Positions 1 to 13,849 of a stretch of 64,000 nt of DNA are shown piece after piece. How positions within the stretch are numbered: position 1 is the first letter of the stretch; every line of letters starts with the position of its first letter. The notes under the pieces are model-generated. The model searched no databases. It saw only the letters and a list, made by a program, of their open reading frames with translations, and was not told the DNA's origin. Position numbers and translations under genes: made by a program. This DNA is from Eledone cirrhosa (taxonomy: Eukaryota), in contig OZ024741.1 in NCBI GenBank assembly GCA_964016885.1, positions 117,428,001 through 117,492,000 on the forward strand, written 5' to 3'.

Positions 1-239
1 AGAGAGAAGGTGGGAACCAGACACAAAATAAACATTTTGGTTTGGGTGCTAGGAGAGGTAGAGGAAGACGGAAACAAGAAGCTGAAGACAAAAGAATGAC
101 ATTCTTACCAATTCCTCCGTCACAATAAAAGATTTCAAACATGATTTATTACACTGAAGAACGTAAATGACAAATGTTCTTCAACCATTTTGTTATTTTC
201 AAATTCGTTTTCGAGTGTATGTATGTATGTATTTATGTA

Positions 240-800
240 AGGACCCCTAGCCTTTGTCAGAGCATTCTTCTAGAAGGCAACTCGGGAAACTGGGATAACT
301 CAGATAATAAAACATGCGGCTCAGTAGTTACCGATGATGTTGATCTTTTTTCTTTTCGGGTTATAGCTACTGTCGCTCAGAGAGTGGGATTGGCTCAGTG
401 CACAGTCTTTCCTCACTTTAAAATATTCCACGATAGCATTAATTGATAATTATTAATAATGTTATATCGTGCAATGGCCATGCTCGATAACTAGGGGGCA
501 GCCATCGTGTATGTATGTATGTATGTATGTATGTATGTATGTATGTATGTATGTATGTATGTATGTATGTATGTATGTATGTCGTTATTTTTATATCTGG
601 AGATCTCTCTGCACTTGTAATCACATGGTACCATGGGCCCAGCACTATGTGTCAATAATTGTCACAAGTGTAGTGTTTGTACCAGAGTTTTCAAGTCGCT
701 GGCTGGACTAAAAAGTCACTCGTTCAGCGCATCGGTAGGGGTTCTCCTACATGGATATAAAGTAGTGGCCGTACTCGAAAACGAGTTGACAGCCACCATG
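240..800 (+). mobile_element. Non-autonomous RTE-like LINE derivative, 5'-truncated copy, interrupted at ~441-586 by a related 3' tail plus (ATGT)n
   Basis: Homologous to 49316-49921 (minus). Encodes degenerate C2H2 finger [17 protein letters not shown], then a short 3' UTR ending in ATGT/TA repeats, typical of RTE-clade 3' ends. Confidence 0.7.
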
Positions 801-825
801 TATGTATATATGTATGCTTTATAAT

Positions 826-1033
826 GGGATCAGGGACTTCTGGTCCGGTTGTATCCATAGGCTACAAGAAGCCAGGGGGAGGTGAAAGCATTATCAAACA
901 TACCAGCAACATTATCCTGTAAACCTCACCATAGCACAATCTGTGGACTTGCTTACAAATCCTTAGCAGGTCGATAATCTCATGCCCGACATAAACATCC
1001 AAACTGAATATATATATATATATATATCCAAAC

Positions 1034-1036
<3 letters not shown>
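826..1036 (+). mobile_element. 3' end of a second RTE-like LINE family
   Basis: 933-1007 translates STICGLAYKSLAGR*SHARHKHPN*, a decayed CxxC...SLAGLxSHxRxxH finger. Upstream RDFWSG resembles the DRxxWR motif. It ends in (TA)n, with ATCCAAACTGA duplicated. Confidence 0.6.
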
Positions 1037-1112
<76 letters not shown>

Positions 1113-1328
1113 AAGTACAGCATATTCGAAGCTCGAGCCGCAGCTAAGCCGGCGAATGCTTTCAGCAGTGCAGCCAAGCACTCGACAAGGTATAAAACCT
1201 CAGAGTAATAACATATAGTTTAAAGGGCTTTGCAAATTGAAGATAGCGACCGGTAGTTCAGCCACGTGGTCCGTAGCAACGAAAGAACTGACTCGCGAGA
1301 AAAAATACATACATATATATATACATAC

Positions 1329-1359
<31 letters not shown>

Positions 1360-1410
1360 AGGGTGAAAGCAGCGATTCTTTGCTTAAACTTTAATCTGTT
1401 ATTTTAATAA

Positions 1411-1470
<60 letters not shown>

Positions 1471-1558
1471 CGAACCTGGACCATCACCATTTGTCTGAGA
1501 AACAAAATGGCGTAGGACAGAACAAAGGAGAGGCACAGAAACAAAGAAAGGAATCCCC

Positions 1559-1603
1559 AGTTACTGAAGAGGTCACAGAGTGTGTGACGAAAGAACTATG
1601 ACT
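1559..1603 (+). ncRNA. Minimal type I hammerhead ribozyme, core intact
   Basis: Helix I AGUUA/UGACU; CUGAAGA-G; helix II GUCAC/GUGAC; GAAAG-AA-CUA (CUA cleavage triplet). Lies in an insert next to (TA)n. Confidence 0.8.
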
Positions 1604-2764
1604 ATATATAAATAACTATCTGGTTGTGGAACCAACCAACCAGAAATTTATAAATTTATAAATTTATTATAAATTTATTATAATAAATTGAAGTGAAAGC
1701 AACTGGTGCGTGTGTTTCTTATTGGCAACATGACCCTCCCAAAGTATAACAATATCGGTTTCAACACACGATTTCAGATAAAGAATCTTGCTAAACAAAT
1801 TCAGAAACGATATATATATATATATATATATATATAAACAAACACACACATTTATTTTGTCGAAATATAAAAAAAAATGATATATATAGTTATATATATA
1901 ATGTAATACCAAAGACGGAAAAAATAAAATAAGCCAAAAGATTCGTTTCTGAACCTTGTATATCCGGGATTAACATATAAGTGTAGAGTGGCAACCTTTC
2001 ACATTATAGCGAAAATAATGACATTCAAACTAGTTAGTGCCCATTATAACAAGATGTAAGTTAAGCCATTTGATATATAGTAAGCAATACTGAGGCCGAG
2101 TGGATATTTTCCCCTCTCAGATAGCTTTTAGCTACGGTCATTTCATTTTCTCTTCTTTTTTTTTTTCTCCCTAATCTATCTATCTATCTATCATTTTACC
2201 TTCCGACATTGGGGGGGGGGGGGGGTTGCTTTTTTTATTTTTTTCTATTTCGTATAAAGATTAATTACCAGATTCATTTCCGAAAAAGTAGAAAATATTT
2301 TCTGACTATATTTCAGCAGTTCTTTTCTTATTTTATCTTTGAAGTATCTCATTCAGTTCACAGGGTATACATCGTTCTTGTTGTTGTTGTTTATGTCGCT
2401 GTCGTTGTCGTTATTGTTGTTTTTGTTGTTGATGATGTTCTAGCCAATATTGTTATCGTCGTCGTTGATGCTGTATTTTTGTCGTCATTATCTTCTTCTT
2501 AGTGTTTTTGTTGAAAAGTTGAAATTAACTACTCCCACATTCAATGAAAATTTTCTGAATTCTTCAAGCTGACAACTTACACACATCACAAAACAAATAA
2601 TTATTCTTTAACTTTAACAGTCAGATACTTTTTTATTTTTTGTATTTTTTCATTTCTTTTTTTTCTTTTTTTTTTTCGTTTATTTATTTTTATTTTTATT
2701 TTTATTTTTCTAGAAATTTAACTCGAAACAGAAAATATAGGGGGAGTTGAAAATAATATTTTTG

Positions 2765-3420
2765 ATAAGGTTTCTGATTTGGGGGGAGGGGAAGTCGATT
2801 AAATTTGTCCCGGCACGTTACTGGTACTTTATTTTATCGACGCTGTAAGGATGAAAGGCAAAGCTAACCTCAGCGGGATTTGAACTCAGAACATGCTGCA
2901 AAGCATTTTGTTCAACCTTCTACTAATTCTACCAATCCACCGCCCTAGTGATATTATTTCTACTTTGGGCGCAGGCTCAATAATTTGGGGGAAAGAGGAC
3001 AACCGATTATCTTGGCCCCAGCATTTGATCGGTATTTTAATTGATCGACCTCGAACGGATGAATGACCTCTCACTTTTCCAATGTCGATGATAATTTCTT
3101 TTCTGTTTTAGGCACAAGGCCAGCAATTTTGGGGGTGGGAAAGACGATTACATCGACCTCAGTAGGTAACTGTTACTTATTTAAATGATTCCGACCATAT
3201 GAAAGGCAAAATCAGTCACCCGAGGTTAACTTTGCCTTTCATCCTTACGGAGTCGATAAAATAAAGTACCAGTAATACACTGGGATAATTGCTAGCCTTG
3301 TGCCAAAAGTAGAAACGATTATTAGAAACGTCGGACATATTCCTTGGTCTTTGCGTTCTGAGTTCTAATCTTGACGAGTTCAACTTTACCTTTCATTCTT
3401 CAGAGATTGATAAAATACTA
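2765..3420. mobile_element. Cluster of tRNA-derived SINE copies and fragments, both orientations
   Basis: B box GAGTTCAAATCC, core GCCTTTCATCCTTACGGGGTCGATAAAATAAAGTACC, tail GCTGGCCTTGTGCC..AAGTAGAAAC. Confidence 0.85.
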
Positions 3421-3455
3421 CACTTCTTCCCCCTACCCCGCCCATTCTCTCTCTC

Positions 3456-3519
<64 letters not shown>

Positions 3520-3594
3520 GGAATATTCAGTGTATGGATCATGTTATATCCCACTCTTCCAAGAAATAGAGGAGGTTAGATAGATGGATCTTAG

Positions 3595-3905
3595 TCGGTT
3601 TCGATGATGATTGTTCCAGTTGTTCGATCAACGGAACAACCTGCTCATGAAATTAACATTAAGTAATTGAGCTGTGCAGTAAAGCGTGTAGCATTAACGT
3701 AATACGCAGAAAGAATCAGCTTGACACAATGTGGGATAAGGTTGGCCCTTTGAATTACAGTATCACTCAGGCGTCCACTCAGTTCCCATCCAACCAATTT
3801 CGCTCACACGGGAGGAGTCGACTCGAGGCTATGGTAAGTAGCACTTGTCTAAAATGTCGCGCAGTGTGGTTGAACCGGGGAACTAACGTTTGTGGAGCGA
3901 ACTCT
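3595..3905 (-). mobile_element. Fragments of two other SINE families
   Basis: Similar to 61850-62140 (GATCAACGGAACAACCTGCT, CCCTTTGAATTA) and to 42000-42170. Confidence 0.6.
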
Positions 3906-4418
3906 TTAACTTAGATACATACACACATGCATACACATATACGTGTACAGAAGGATACATACACACATGCATGCACAAAATTATATATACGCAAAATCAT
4001 ACATACACGCATACATGCACAGAGCATACATATACAGTCATAAATACACACTTACTTGCACAGTCTTACATGCATAGAAACATATACGTATAAAAACGCT
4101 TTCAAGCTTTCAACATAGAAACCTCATTTTTTTAAAAAGTGGCATAAGTAGTTTTTAGTAGTTTCTAGGGTCCATATTCCCCTGAAGGCAATAATAGCTG
4201 GCCACTTGTTGTATTTCATGTATTCTAAATACCTGACGAATGTTGTTATCTTAGAATTCGTGGGAGGTCTGTCGTTATCATTGCAAACCTGTTGTTGTTA
4301 CATCGGTATGGAATCGCGCAATAATATGGAAATGAGGTCCACACTTTTTTCATTGTTTTGTTTGAAAAATTGCCTCCTTACATACACATATATAGGTCTG
4401 TGAGTGTGTGTTCAAGTG

Positions 4419-4488
<70 letters not shown>

Positions 4489-4558
4489 TGTGTGTGTGTG
4501 TGTGTGTAAGCATACTCACGTATATATACTCATATGTATATCTCTATGTATATTATGT

Positions 4559-4613
<55 letters not shown>

Positions 4614-5183
4614 ATATATATATATATATTATGTGTGTGTGTATTGGTATGTTCTCTATGGCTGACACCAGTGGGGAGGAAGTTTTGTTGTTTTCAATGA
4701 AACCATTGATTACTCGTAAGCTGCTGGAGAGGGAAAAGCCAGGAAACAAAGAAGGAAAGAAAAATAAACAGACAGACAACAGACAAAAAAAATACAAATA
4801 TAAAAGGATAAAATACAAAAAGGGTAGTAGTGAAAAAATAATAGCAAAAAGTAGTAAAAAGGAAAAGTTGGAAAGAAATACAAATAAATATAAAGAACAA
4901 AATGGCGGTTAGCTTAAAACCTAGAGAGGAACAAGAATGACACTTAAATAGATAAGACTTGTCCAGGATAATTTTCTGACTTGTAAGTTCTGTATCATGG
5001 CCTTTGTTTCGAGATCTGTTTATTTTGTGGACATTACATACAATCCTTGCTGTAAACTATCTCGCTCTTCTTTGTATACACACGCATACACAAACAGGCC
5101 AAATGTATACACGCACACTCGTATACACATAGATGATACACTTATACTGATAAATATACATACATCGTATGTGTATTTCTCAG

Positions 5184-5234
<51 letters not shown>

Positions 5235-5426
5235 GTGTGAGTGTGTGTGTGTGTAAAGTAAAATTTAAGAGAAAATAACTCAATGCCAGTTGCATGAATC
5301 TAGACAAGTCGTTCACGATAAATTCTTAATTTATTGAAATTACTCTCACAAACACAGAAGGAAAACAAAAACCCCAACTCAAACTGTGAGCAACTGCAAA
5401 AGATCAAGGGAGATAATTTCAAGTAA

Positions 5427-6352
5427 TCTGTATATATATAAAATTAAGTATGTGTGTGTGTCTGTGTATTACCTATAGGGGCCTACATCTTACGACCGAT
5501 TTTATTGAAACTTTACAGGCTCATAGATTAGTCATCGGGGAGTGTTTTCTATATATCAACGTATCGTTTTTTTTTTATTCCGAGTTCATTCTGCAGATAC
5601 AAATCGATAGGGAGGTCACCTTTTTTTTAGGTATCGAAAAATAAGATTTTTGGCTCTAGCTCCCACATTTTGCCACCGATTTCGTTCAAATTTTAAAGCA
5701 AAATAGAATTTATCATTGCACATCCTGTAAATCCTGTAATGGCTTTATATTTTGCATTTGCTGTTCAGGGACGGCGTGGCAGCCGCTTAAATATTCAAAA
5801 ATACCACTTTTAGACTCAAATTTCCACTTTTTCGGCTCTAGCTCTCACATTAATCAACCTACTTTGTTCAAATTTTACACTACGCTAGATCTGATTATTT
5901 CACGTCTTAAAGTGGTTTCACATTTTGGATTTTTTGTTCAGAACGGCGTGGCAGCCGCTTAAATTTTCGAAAATACCACCTTTTCGCTCAAATTTCCACC
6001 TTTTCGGCTCTAGCTCCCACATTTTTCAACCGATTTCGTTCAAATTCGAAACTTCGGCCCCACCTCACACATAAATCAATTTATTTGGTTCAACTTTTAT
6101 ACTACGATAAAACCTATGATTGCACATCTTATAGATAGTCAAAGGCGAAACGATGGCCACTGATGTTGTCTGAGCTTTTAGTTGTGTATTTGAGATTTCA
6201 TCGGTTTCCAATCAAGTAGCTTGAGGAAATTTGGCTTAGTGATAGAGGTCATCACCACCCTCCCCCGCATGGCCTGTGTGTGGCCATAGATGAGTCATCG
6301 AGAAGCAGAAAATTATTTTACCTACCCAGGCAACGCTGGGTACTGATGCTAG
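5427..6352 (+). mobile_element. Non-autonomous Helitron, copy 1
   Basis: A|TC 5' end; subterminal hairpin TACCCAG-GCAACG-CTGGGTA; CTAG|T 3' end; no TSD; internal ~180-bp subrepeats; near-identical to 23883-24828. Confidence 0.85.
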
Positions 6353-6485
6353 TTAAGTATAACTTCATGGTTGAATTAACATAGTTAAGAGAAAGAACTA
6401 CATGATATCTATTTCGGATACAAGGGACAACTATGGACACATTTTTTGGTTTGAATTTTGACCTGAACCGGACACACACACAATA

Positions 6486-6607
<122 letters not shown>

Positions 6608-6966
6608 AATCTCTTATTCAGGTTTTCTACTGGAGATTATTCTAATTATAAGCACATCACTGTAGCAAGGAGCCATTTCAACACCATCTCGATCATCACG
6701 ATCATCATCATTATAATCACCGACAGCAGCGGCAATATTAATGATTTAAAATTAAAATATGAAGAAAACCCACCTCTTTTCTACAGTTATCTCAAGTCAA
6801 ACATAGGAGTGTTTCGACTGCAATCACCCCCATTTCTTTCATAAGTTACCTTCTATATATACACATAGACGCACAAATTCTCATGCATATAACCTCATAC
6901 ACACACATATATTCACATGTACACACACATACACATCTACATATGTATACAACCAGAAACACGAAC

Positions 6967-7043
<77 letters not shown>

Positions 7044-7091
7044 TATGTATATATATATATATATGTGTTTGTGTGTGTATGTATATATACA

Positions 7092-7127
<36 letters not shown>

Positions 7128-7839
7128 CCAAAATTAAATTAAGAGTATCATGTCTGAGAGACATGCGCCATATCCACATAATCGTATATATATATATATA
7201 CACGTGTGTATTAATAGAGAACTATATTCTGACACACACACACACTACCATGCATATACACGCACAAGCATATGTATACGCACACACGAAAAGTCACAAT
7301 ATACCAAACTATATGAGAAGCTAGAAAATGAAGCACACGTACATCCACACACGCCCCCCCCCCCCCCCACACACACACATACACCCGCGCGCGCGCGAGT
7401 CCACACAGACACACACGTACACGTACTTACATACATGTGCACCTATACACATATGTACACACACGTACACATCATGTCAAAACTGAAAATATAATGGCAG
7501 TAAATATTTACTTTAAACCGTTGGCAAATTTAACGTTTCTCGCAGACCAATTACAGCCACCATATTAACTGATACTATATAATGAAAATGAAAACAAAAT
7601 TGTGTCTATTTAAATAAGCCACACGCCATTATTAAGATATTTATTTTCAACATTTTCATTTGAAATGATTATCTAAAGAAGATTAAGAAAATAAACGAAT
7701 CAGTTATTTTTGTATCTTAGGGGAGCAAATACCACCAAACTCTAATTTATTTAACAGTCAAGGTTTTGTCGTCTATTAATTCGGTGAGATTGACAATAAG
7801 TAGGAAAAAGGTATACTCATGTGAGAGTGTATATACGTG

Positions 7840-7886
<47 letters not shown>

Positions 7887-7893
7887 TATACAT

Positions 7894-7980
7894 ATAAGGT
7901 GGTCGAAGACAACGAGAAACCGGACGAAACACATCTGTCGAACTCCTGGGTTTTTTTCCGGTTTCTCCACCACCTTATAT
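7894..7980. mobile_element. Short fold-back insert in (TA)n
   Basis: TATAAGGTGGT..GAGAAACCGGA / TCCGGTTTCTC.ACCACCTTATA arms around GAAAC-ACATCT-GTC (HHR 3'-half-like). Confidence 0.5.
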
Positions 7981-8000
7981 ATATACACTGTATATATATA

Positions 8001-8114
8001 TGTTTATCCCAGTTTCAATCGGAGGTAACCACAGTTACTAGGGTACTCTGGGCTATCCTGATGATTTCCTCCGAATGAAACAGTTCTAGTCCTTTAGAAG
8101 CCATTTCTATATTG
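8001..8114. mobile_element. PLE-like 3' remnant with inversion, containing a type I HHR (8051-8102, plus)
   Basis: GGCU(A)UC/GAAGCC helix I, CUGAUGA, GAAACAG..CUUUA (CUGUA in the 23483 copy). Same family at 9229-9325 and 23483-23602. Confidence 0.75.
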
Positions 8115-8129
8115 ATTATATATATATAT

Positions 8130-8470
8130 ATATATATATCAACAACATACTTAACAATCATACACAAGCAAATGCGCCGTGATGTGCACCCCTCCTACAC
8201 ACAAATACCCACTGCACGTCGGCCTTGCCCACCAGGACACCACACCCTCCCCTCCTTAATTTTCTTATTTTTAATTTTTTTGTACCCTATTCAATTTTAT
8301 TTTTTGCAATTTTCATTCCTTAACGTTTTTTGTTTACTATTTTCCTTTTGTGTCATTTCCGATGAAGGGCAAATGCCCGTTACGTTGACTATGTTACTCT
8401 TTCTCCAAGCGTGAAACTAATAAACTTTATGTTATTGCATTTCCTTGTTCGTTTCATGTTTCCTTGACTT
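8130..8470 (+). mobile_element. PLE pseudo-LTR remnant with degenerate HHR (~8359-8390)
   Basis: CCGAUGA-A-GGGC-AAAU-GCCC-GUUAC (GAAAC decayed), followed by AATAAA; starts at a (TA)n tract. Confidence 0.5.
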
Positions 8471-8482
8471 CTTGATATAGTA

Positions 8483-8525
8483 GGGACATTCCTAACGTTT
8501 CGGACGTTAGTCCTTTGTCAGAAGA
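8483..8525 (-). ncRNA. Degenerate minimal hammerhead
   Basis: Minus strand CUGACAA-A-GGAC-UAAC-GUCC-GAAAC-GUUAGGAAU-GUC. One core mismatch; helix I not evident. Confidence 0.6.
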
Positions 8526-8759
8526 TAAAATTAAAAGTAAAAGAGGAAACAGAAAAATAGAGGAGAGTAAAAAGCGAGAGAGAGAGGTGGAGTCTGTATT
8601 AATTTTATCGTTATGAACCAATTATTTTTATATATAAGGTTTGACTGTGACTTTAAGCTTCAACTCTTGTTGCTTATTGAGAGGGAGAGGGAGGGGGGGG
8701 GAGAAAAGGAGAGAGAGAGAGAAAGGAGAGAGAGAGAGAAAGAAAGAGAGAGAGGGAGG

Positions 8760-8813
<54 letters not shown>

Positions 8814-9070
8814 GAGAGAGAGAATTTATCAGATTGATGACTTGTGAGAGTAGGCTTTTCCTGTGGAATTTCAAACACCCGACTATTTCTGAAAGGCATA
8901 AATAATCATCTATGTATAATAAGGAAGTATATGAAAGCTTATACGATATGTTTATGTATAATAAACATACGAGAGATTGGCAATGGATGTTTTACGCTGC
9001 GACCATATTCAATGTGTTTATGTATGTATATATCTGGATACATTATATACATTATATATATATATTTATA

Positions 9071-9225
9071 AAAGAGGAGTTGTGGTAAGGAACCAGATGG
9101 ACCATAACACACCAGAGTACTCAATACTTAGAGTAGTAGAGTGGGTAATAGGAAAATGTATGACCCCGACGGCAGAGCTCAAGCCGTTTCGACGGCTATT
9201 TCTGGAAATAGCCGTCGAAACGGCT
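9071..9225 (-). mobile_element. PLE-like 3' remnant (family A) ending in a perfect 21+21-nt palindrome
   Basis: Homologous to 23647-23780 and 29506-29707. Contains GAAACGGC-UUGAGCUCU-GCCGUC (HHR helix III plus GUC). Confidence 0.75.
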
Positions 9226-9322
9226 ATATGTTTATCCCGGGTTCAATCAGGGGTAACCACAGTAAGTAAGGTCCTCAATCCCAAATGAAACAGTTCTAGT
9301 CTTGTAGAAGCCATTTCTATAT

Positions 9323-9440
<118 letters not shown>

Positions 9441-9550
9441 GTAATAATAATAAATGTAAAGACTAAAAACCGAAGAGGGCTCGATAAGGATTATATATAT
9501 ATATAAATATATATAAAAACCGTAGAGCAAATATTTATTTAATGTTATTT

Positions 9551-9681
<131 letters not shown>

Positions 9682-10802
9682 CACGTGTGTGTGTAATGTA
9701 TATATATTATACTGTATGCGTATGTATGTATGTTTATAAATGTATTTATTTTTAATTGTAAATAGATATATGTGTTTACACATATATGATACATACATAC
9801 ATGAATTATCAATCATATTCGGCTGCCATTTGCATTTGTTACGTATTTTAAATTTTCACTCAGAAATAACTTAAAATACACTTCCGATTCAGTCCCTGCA
9901 CTCTCATCATCAAATAGGGATTAAAGCTAATTTTGTATATATTATACTGCAAAATACACAAAGTACATCTTTTGATGTCGACACTCGAGATGTTTTCTTG
10001 GTCTTAAAAGATTTTGAAGCAATTAATTACCGAGTTGAGTTTTGTATAACTAAGTTGGTCATTCTGAAGGGATTTGTAATAAAAGCCCCTAACTACCGAC
10101 ATTTGAATCATGATAGATGTCTTACCGACCTATTAGATGTGGTTTGAAAAGAGTGAACTAACTTGTTTGAAGGTTGGTTCAAAAGTATATATATATATAT
10201 CCTGCCAACTTTCTTGTAGACGATTGATAACCTAAGAAAAGGTCATTCCTAACTCTTGTTTATTAGTAGCATCTATCTACGTATATCTATCTATTTATCT
10301 ATCTCCCCACTTTGCTCTGTAAATGTGTATGTGTATGTGTGAGTGTCTATTCACACCAAACTCTTTTTCATTTCCCTATGATAAGCGCATTCTCGTCTCC
10401 CTCTCTCCTTTCTATTTCCTTTTCTTCTCTTTGGCGTGTTTTAGCAATCGTTTCCCAATACCTTCTTTCCCTCGTCACTTCCTGTTCGCTCAGTATTCTC
10501 GTCCCTTTTCTTTTGCCCTTTACTTCGTTGAGAGACGGACATGTATATACATCTATCTCGTATCGTTCTCGGGCCAAAGTCTCAAATATAACCTCTTTCA
10601 TTCCAGCGTTACTTCTCTGCACAACCTTCCCTGTACTTGATTATCATGTTTTGTCCCAATTATAAAACTTCGTTGTCTACTGAGCTGTATACTCTATGCA
10701 CATACTGCTCACTTTCTAATCACACTGAGTAAAAAGGTAGAATGAATTGAGCATTTATTTTCACTATATTATATTATTATTGTGAACTCACAGCAAGTCC
10801 AA

Positions 10803-10950
10803 TTAACCCTTTTGATACCAAACGCCCTATACCGCTCCTTGTTGTACGATACAAAGCTATTTATTTTAACGTATTTATATTCATCTAAAATCCTTCTATT
10901 ATAATTTTATGTACAAAACATTTACTAAGTCATGTTCTAAATACCAGTTT
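10803..10950 (+). mobile_element. Possible piggyBac-like MITE end
   Basis: TTAA|CCCTTT start; no matching second end seen. Confidence 0.25.
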
Positions 10951-11030
10951 AATGAGTTATATACATGTGTGTGTGTAAGTGAGAGGGGGTGAGTGTGTGT
11001 GTGTTTTAAACAATGAAAATAAAACAAAAG

Positions 11031-11264
11031 GCTTAATTAGTTCATTGTTTCACGATTGTTTCAGAAGGTTGATTGAGCATGATAAATCGATATGTTGACT
11101 AATTGATAGTGGTTATGTCACCATATATTATTAGTCGCGATTGGATCTAGAATATCGAAACTAGTAGTATGTGGTGGCATAACCACTGTCAATTAGTCAA
11201 TATTTCGATTTATCATGATCAATCAACCTTCTGAAACGATCGTAAAACAATGAACTAATTAAGC
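11031..11264. repeat. Long imperfect inverted repeat (~110-nt arms) centred beside an HHR 3' half
   Basis: GCTTAATTAGTTCATTG... / ...CAATGAACTAATTAAGC; centre CGAT-12nt-ATC-GAAAC-TA-GTA; flanked by (GT)n and (CA)n. Confidence 0.85.
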
Positions 11265-11333
11265 ATCAATCGTCGCATCTTGTTTTATTTTCCCTGTTCA
11301 AAACACACACACACACGCACACGCACACACACG

Positions 11334-11402
<69 letters not shown>

Positions 11403-11986
11403 GTACCTCATTTAGAATCCACAACGGAATCTTTTATATGAGGAAAGCCTACTACAAAACAATAGCTCTTATCACATGATCTCTTTGGAATTATTTCTTC
11501 AAGACTACATGGAGTTCTAACAACGTTATTGAACCTTCCACAAACAGCTTTCCAAATCCTTGAATATTTTCAAAATGATTTGGAAATTGTCATTAGAAGT
11601 ATGGTAACGAAAGGTTACGAAAATGATTTGGAAATTGTCATTTGCAGTGTCGTTCATCAGAAGTATGGTAACGGAAGGGTTAAGAATGCTACACCTAGTA
11701 TGAAAATTGAACTAAAACAGCACGAACACGGGAAATTGTAGCTGTGTGGTGTCGTAAAGTTTCTATATATTATCAAAGAATGATATCTGCACTGATCTGG
11801 TTAACTGGCTGTAACCGTTCACTGTCTGTAGATGAGCTTACACAGCGTAAATTCCTATTTTCTTCTCCATGAAAATATCCCAAGCAACATGATGTGTTTA
11901 GCAACAACTGTATGTGTGTGTATGTATGTATGTATGTATGTATGTATGTATGTATGTATGTATGTATGTATGTATGTATGTATGTA

Positions 11987-12054
<68 letters not shown>

Positions 12055-12439
12055 AAACCTTCAAATACCTGTTGTATAAAAATAAAAAAACAAAGATTTT
12101 CCTCACACCAAATAATAATAAAACGGTGTAACACTTATTTCGGCATTTCCTGACGAAATGCCAAAAATTAGAAATCCTAGTGTGTCTATATATATATCTT
12201 CTGGGGTAAGACGAGAAGTAATAAGATAGGATAACATAGAAATTGGGAAACTTACTGGCCATATGGGAATCACACGCTGCTTGATTTTAAAGCAAGATTT
12301 TACTTGAGGCTGTAAAATCCAGATTTTTGGGTTCTTCCCAGAGTCATCTTTTGGATTTGATTCCCTACATATGTTGGGTCGGGGGGGGGGGGGATATCCG
12401 TCGGCTCCCAGGATGAGTGTTCCAATTGTTTAATCTAGA

Positions 12440-12820
12440 CCAGGGCCTTGTGATTGAGCCGGTTTAGTCACCGACCATCTGACCATGAAAGGTTGTACTG
12501 GGTTACATGGTACTAACAGCAGGCAGAAGACTGACCTCTGTGACGTTGTGTTGGACAAAACTGGCCCTTTCAATCGCAGATACTAATTGTTTCCCCTGCT
12601 GAGTGGATTGGAGCAATGTGAAATGAGGTGTCTTGCTCAAAGAGACAATGCTCCTCTTGGTAGAGAAATCGAACTCATGGCCTTAGACTCACAAGCCCAG
12701 CAAGCTAAACACTAAGCCCCGCCCCTTCACATATTAAAAAGAACACCGAAGGTTATTCGACCAGAAATCGAACTCACGACCTAATGAACACCCTAACTAC
12801 TAAGCTACAGACCTTCACAC
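12440..12820 (-). mobile_element. tRNA-derived SINE, second family, plus an extra head
   Basis: Minus strand GGCTTAGTG..GAGTTCGATTTC..TTGAGCAAGACAC; same family at 19330-19450, 61850-62140 and 62475-62625. Confidence 0.7.
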
Positions 12821-13849
12821 CTACGTATGTATTTCCACCCGAGACAACAAGCTACACAACTTATAAATGTAAAATATTCAACTGACTACGTCTTCCATCT
12901 AATTCTTAATTCCATTCCGACCACTCTTTCGCGCACCAGTAACGGTGATGCTAGAAAATGCCAAAGACACTGCCCTTCCTCCTCTTACTAAGCCATTACA
13001 AACAAACTGTTTAAGTTCGATGCCAGTAGAGAAAACGTATGTGTGATGGTATTTTCAGAGGGCTGACGTTTGAAGAATTGAGAATATTGGTTAGTGCGAG
13101 GCTTGTGGAGCACGGTGCATTGTAGATGACGAGTGGGAGACAGGACTGTATTAATTGACTTCGGTGATATACAAGTACCTAATTAAAAGGAACACATCTT
13201 TGTAGCATCAATATAATACGCAAAGGGCAGAATGAGCACGACTATGGGGGCACGAGTAATTTCCAAAAGGCTTTCTTATAGATGTCATATAAGATATCTT
13301 TATATGTAAAAGCAGCATCAGCATCAGCATCACATGTGCTTTACTGTATCTTTTAAATCAACAAAAATAAAGTCACGGGGCTCTAAAAGAGTGTCTTTTC
13401 GCTGTCGCTCCACTTAATTTTAAATAAATCAGCTTGATCATGGTTGAGCTAGGGATATGAATAATAAAATAAAATAACATAGACCCAACAATTGAGCTTC
13501 TGTATGGTTGATCCAACTTTTTAGAAATAGCAACCAAATCTCCCTCAATTTCGAAAAGATCTCCTTATTGGCTTGTATTTACCCGTCTTAAAAAAGAAAT
13601 TAACATACTGGTAAATGTAATCCTAGATACACAAGACTGGAACACATCTGATCATATTTTCTGTTCAAGCAGTCAACAACATCAATAATAATGATTTCTT
13701 TATTAGCCACAGAATAATGATTTCTAATTTAGGCTAAAGGCCAGCAAATTGGGTGAGGTGAAAGTCGATTATTTGATTAGTACTTTATTATATCGAAGGA
13801 CGAAAGTTAAGGTTTCTACCTCTAAAGATTCTGCCAATTCATCAATAGT

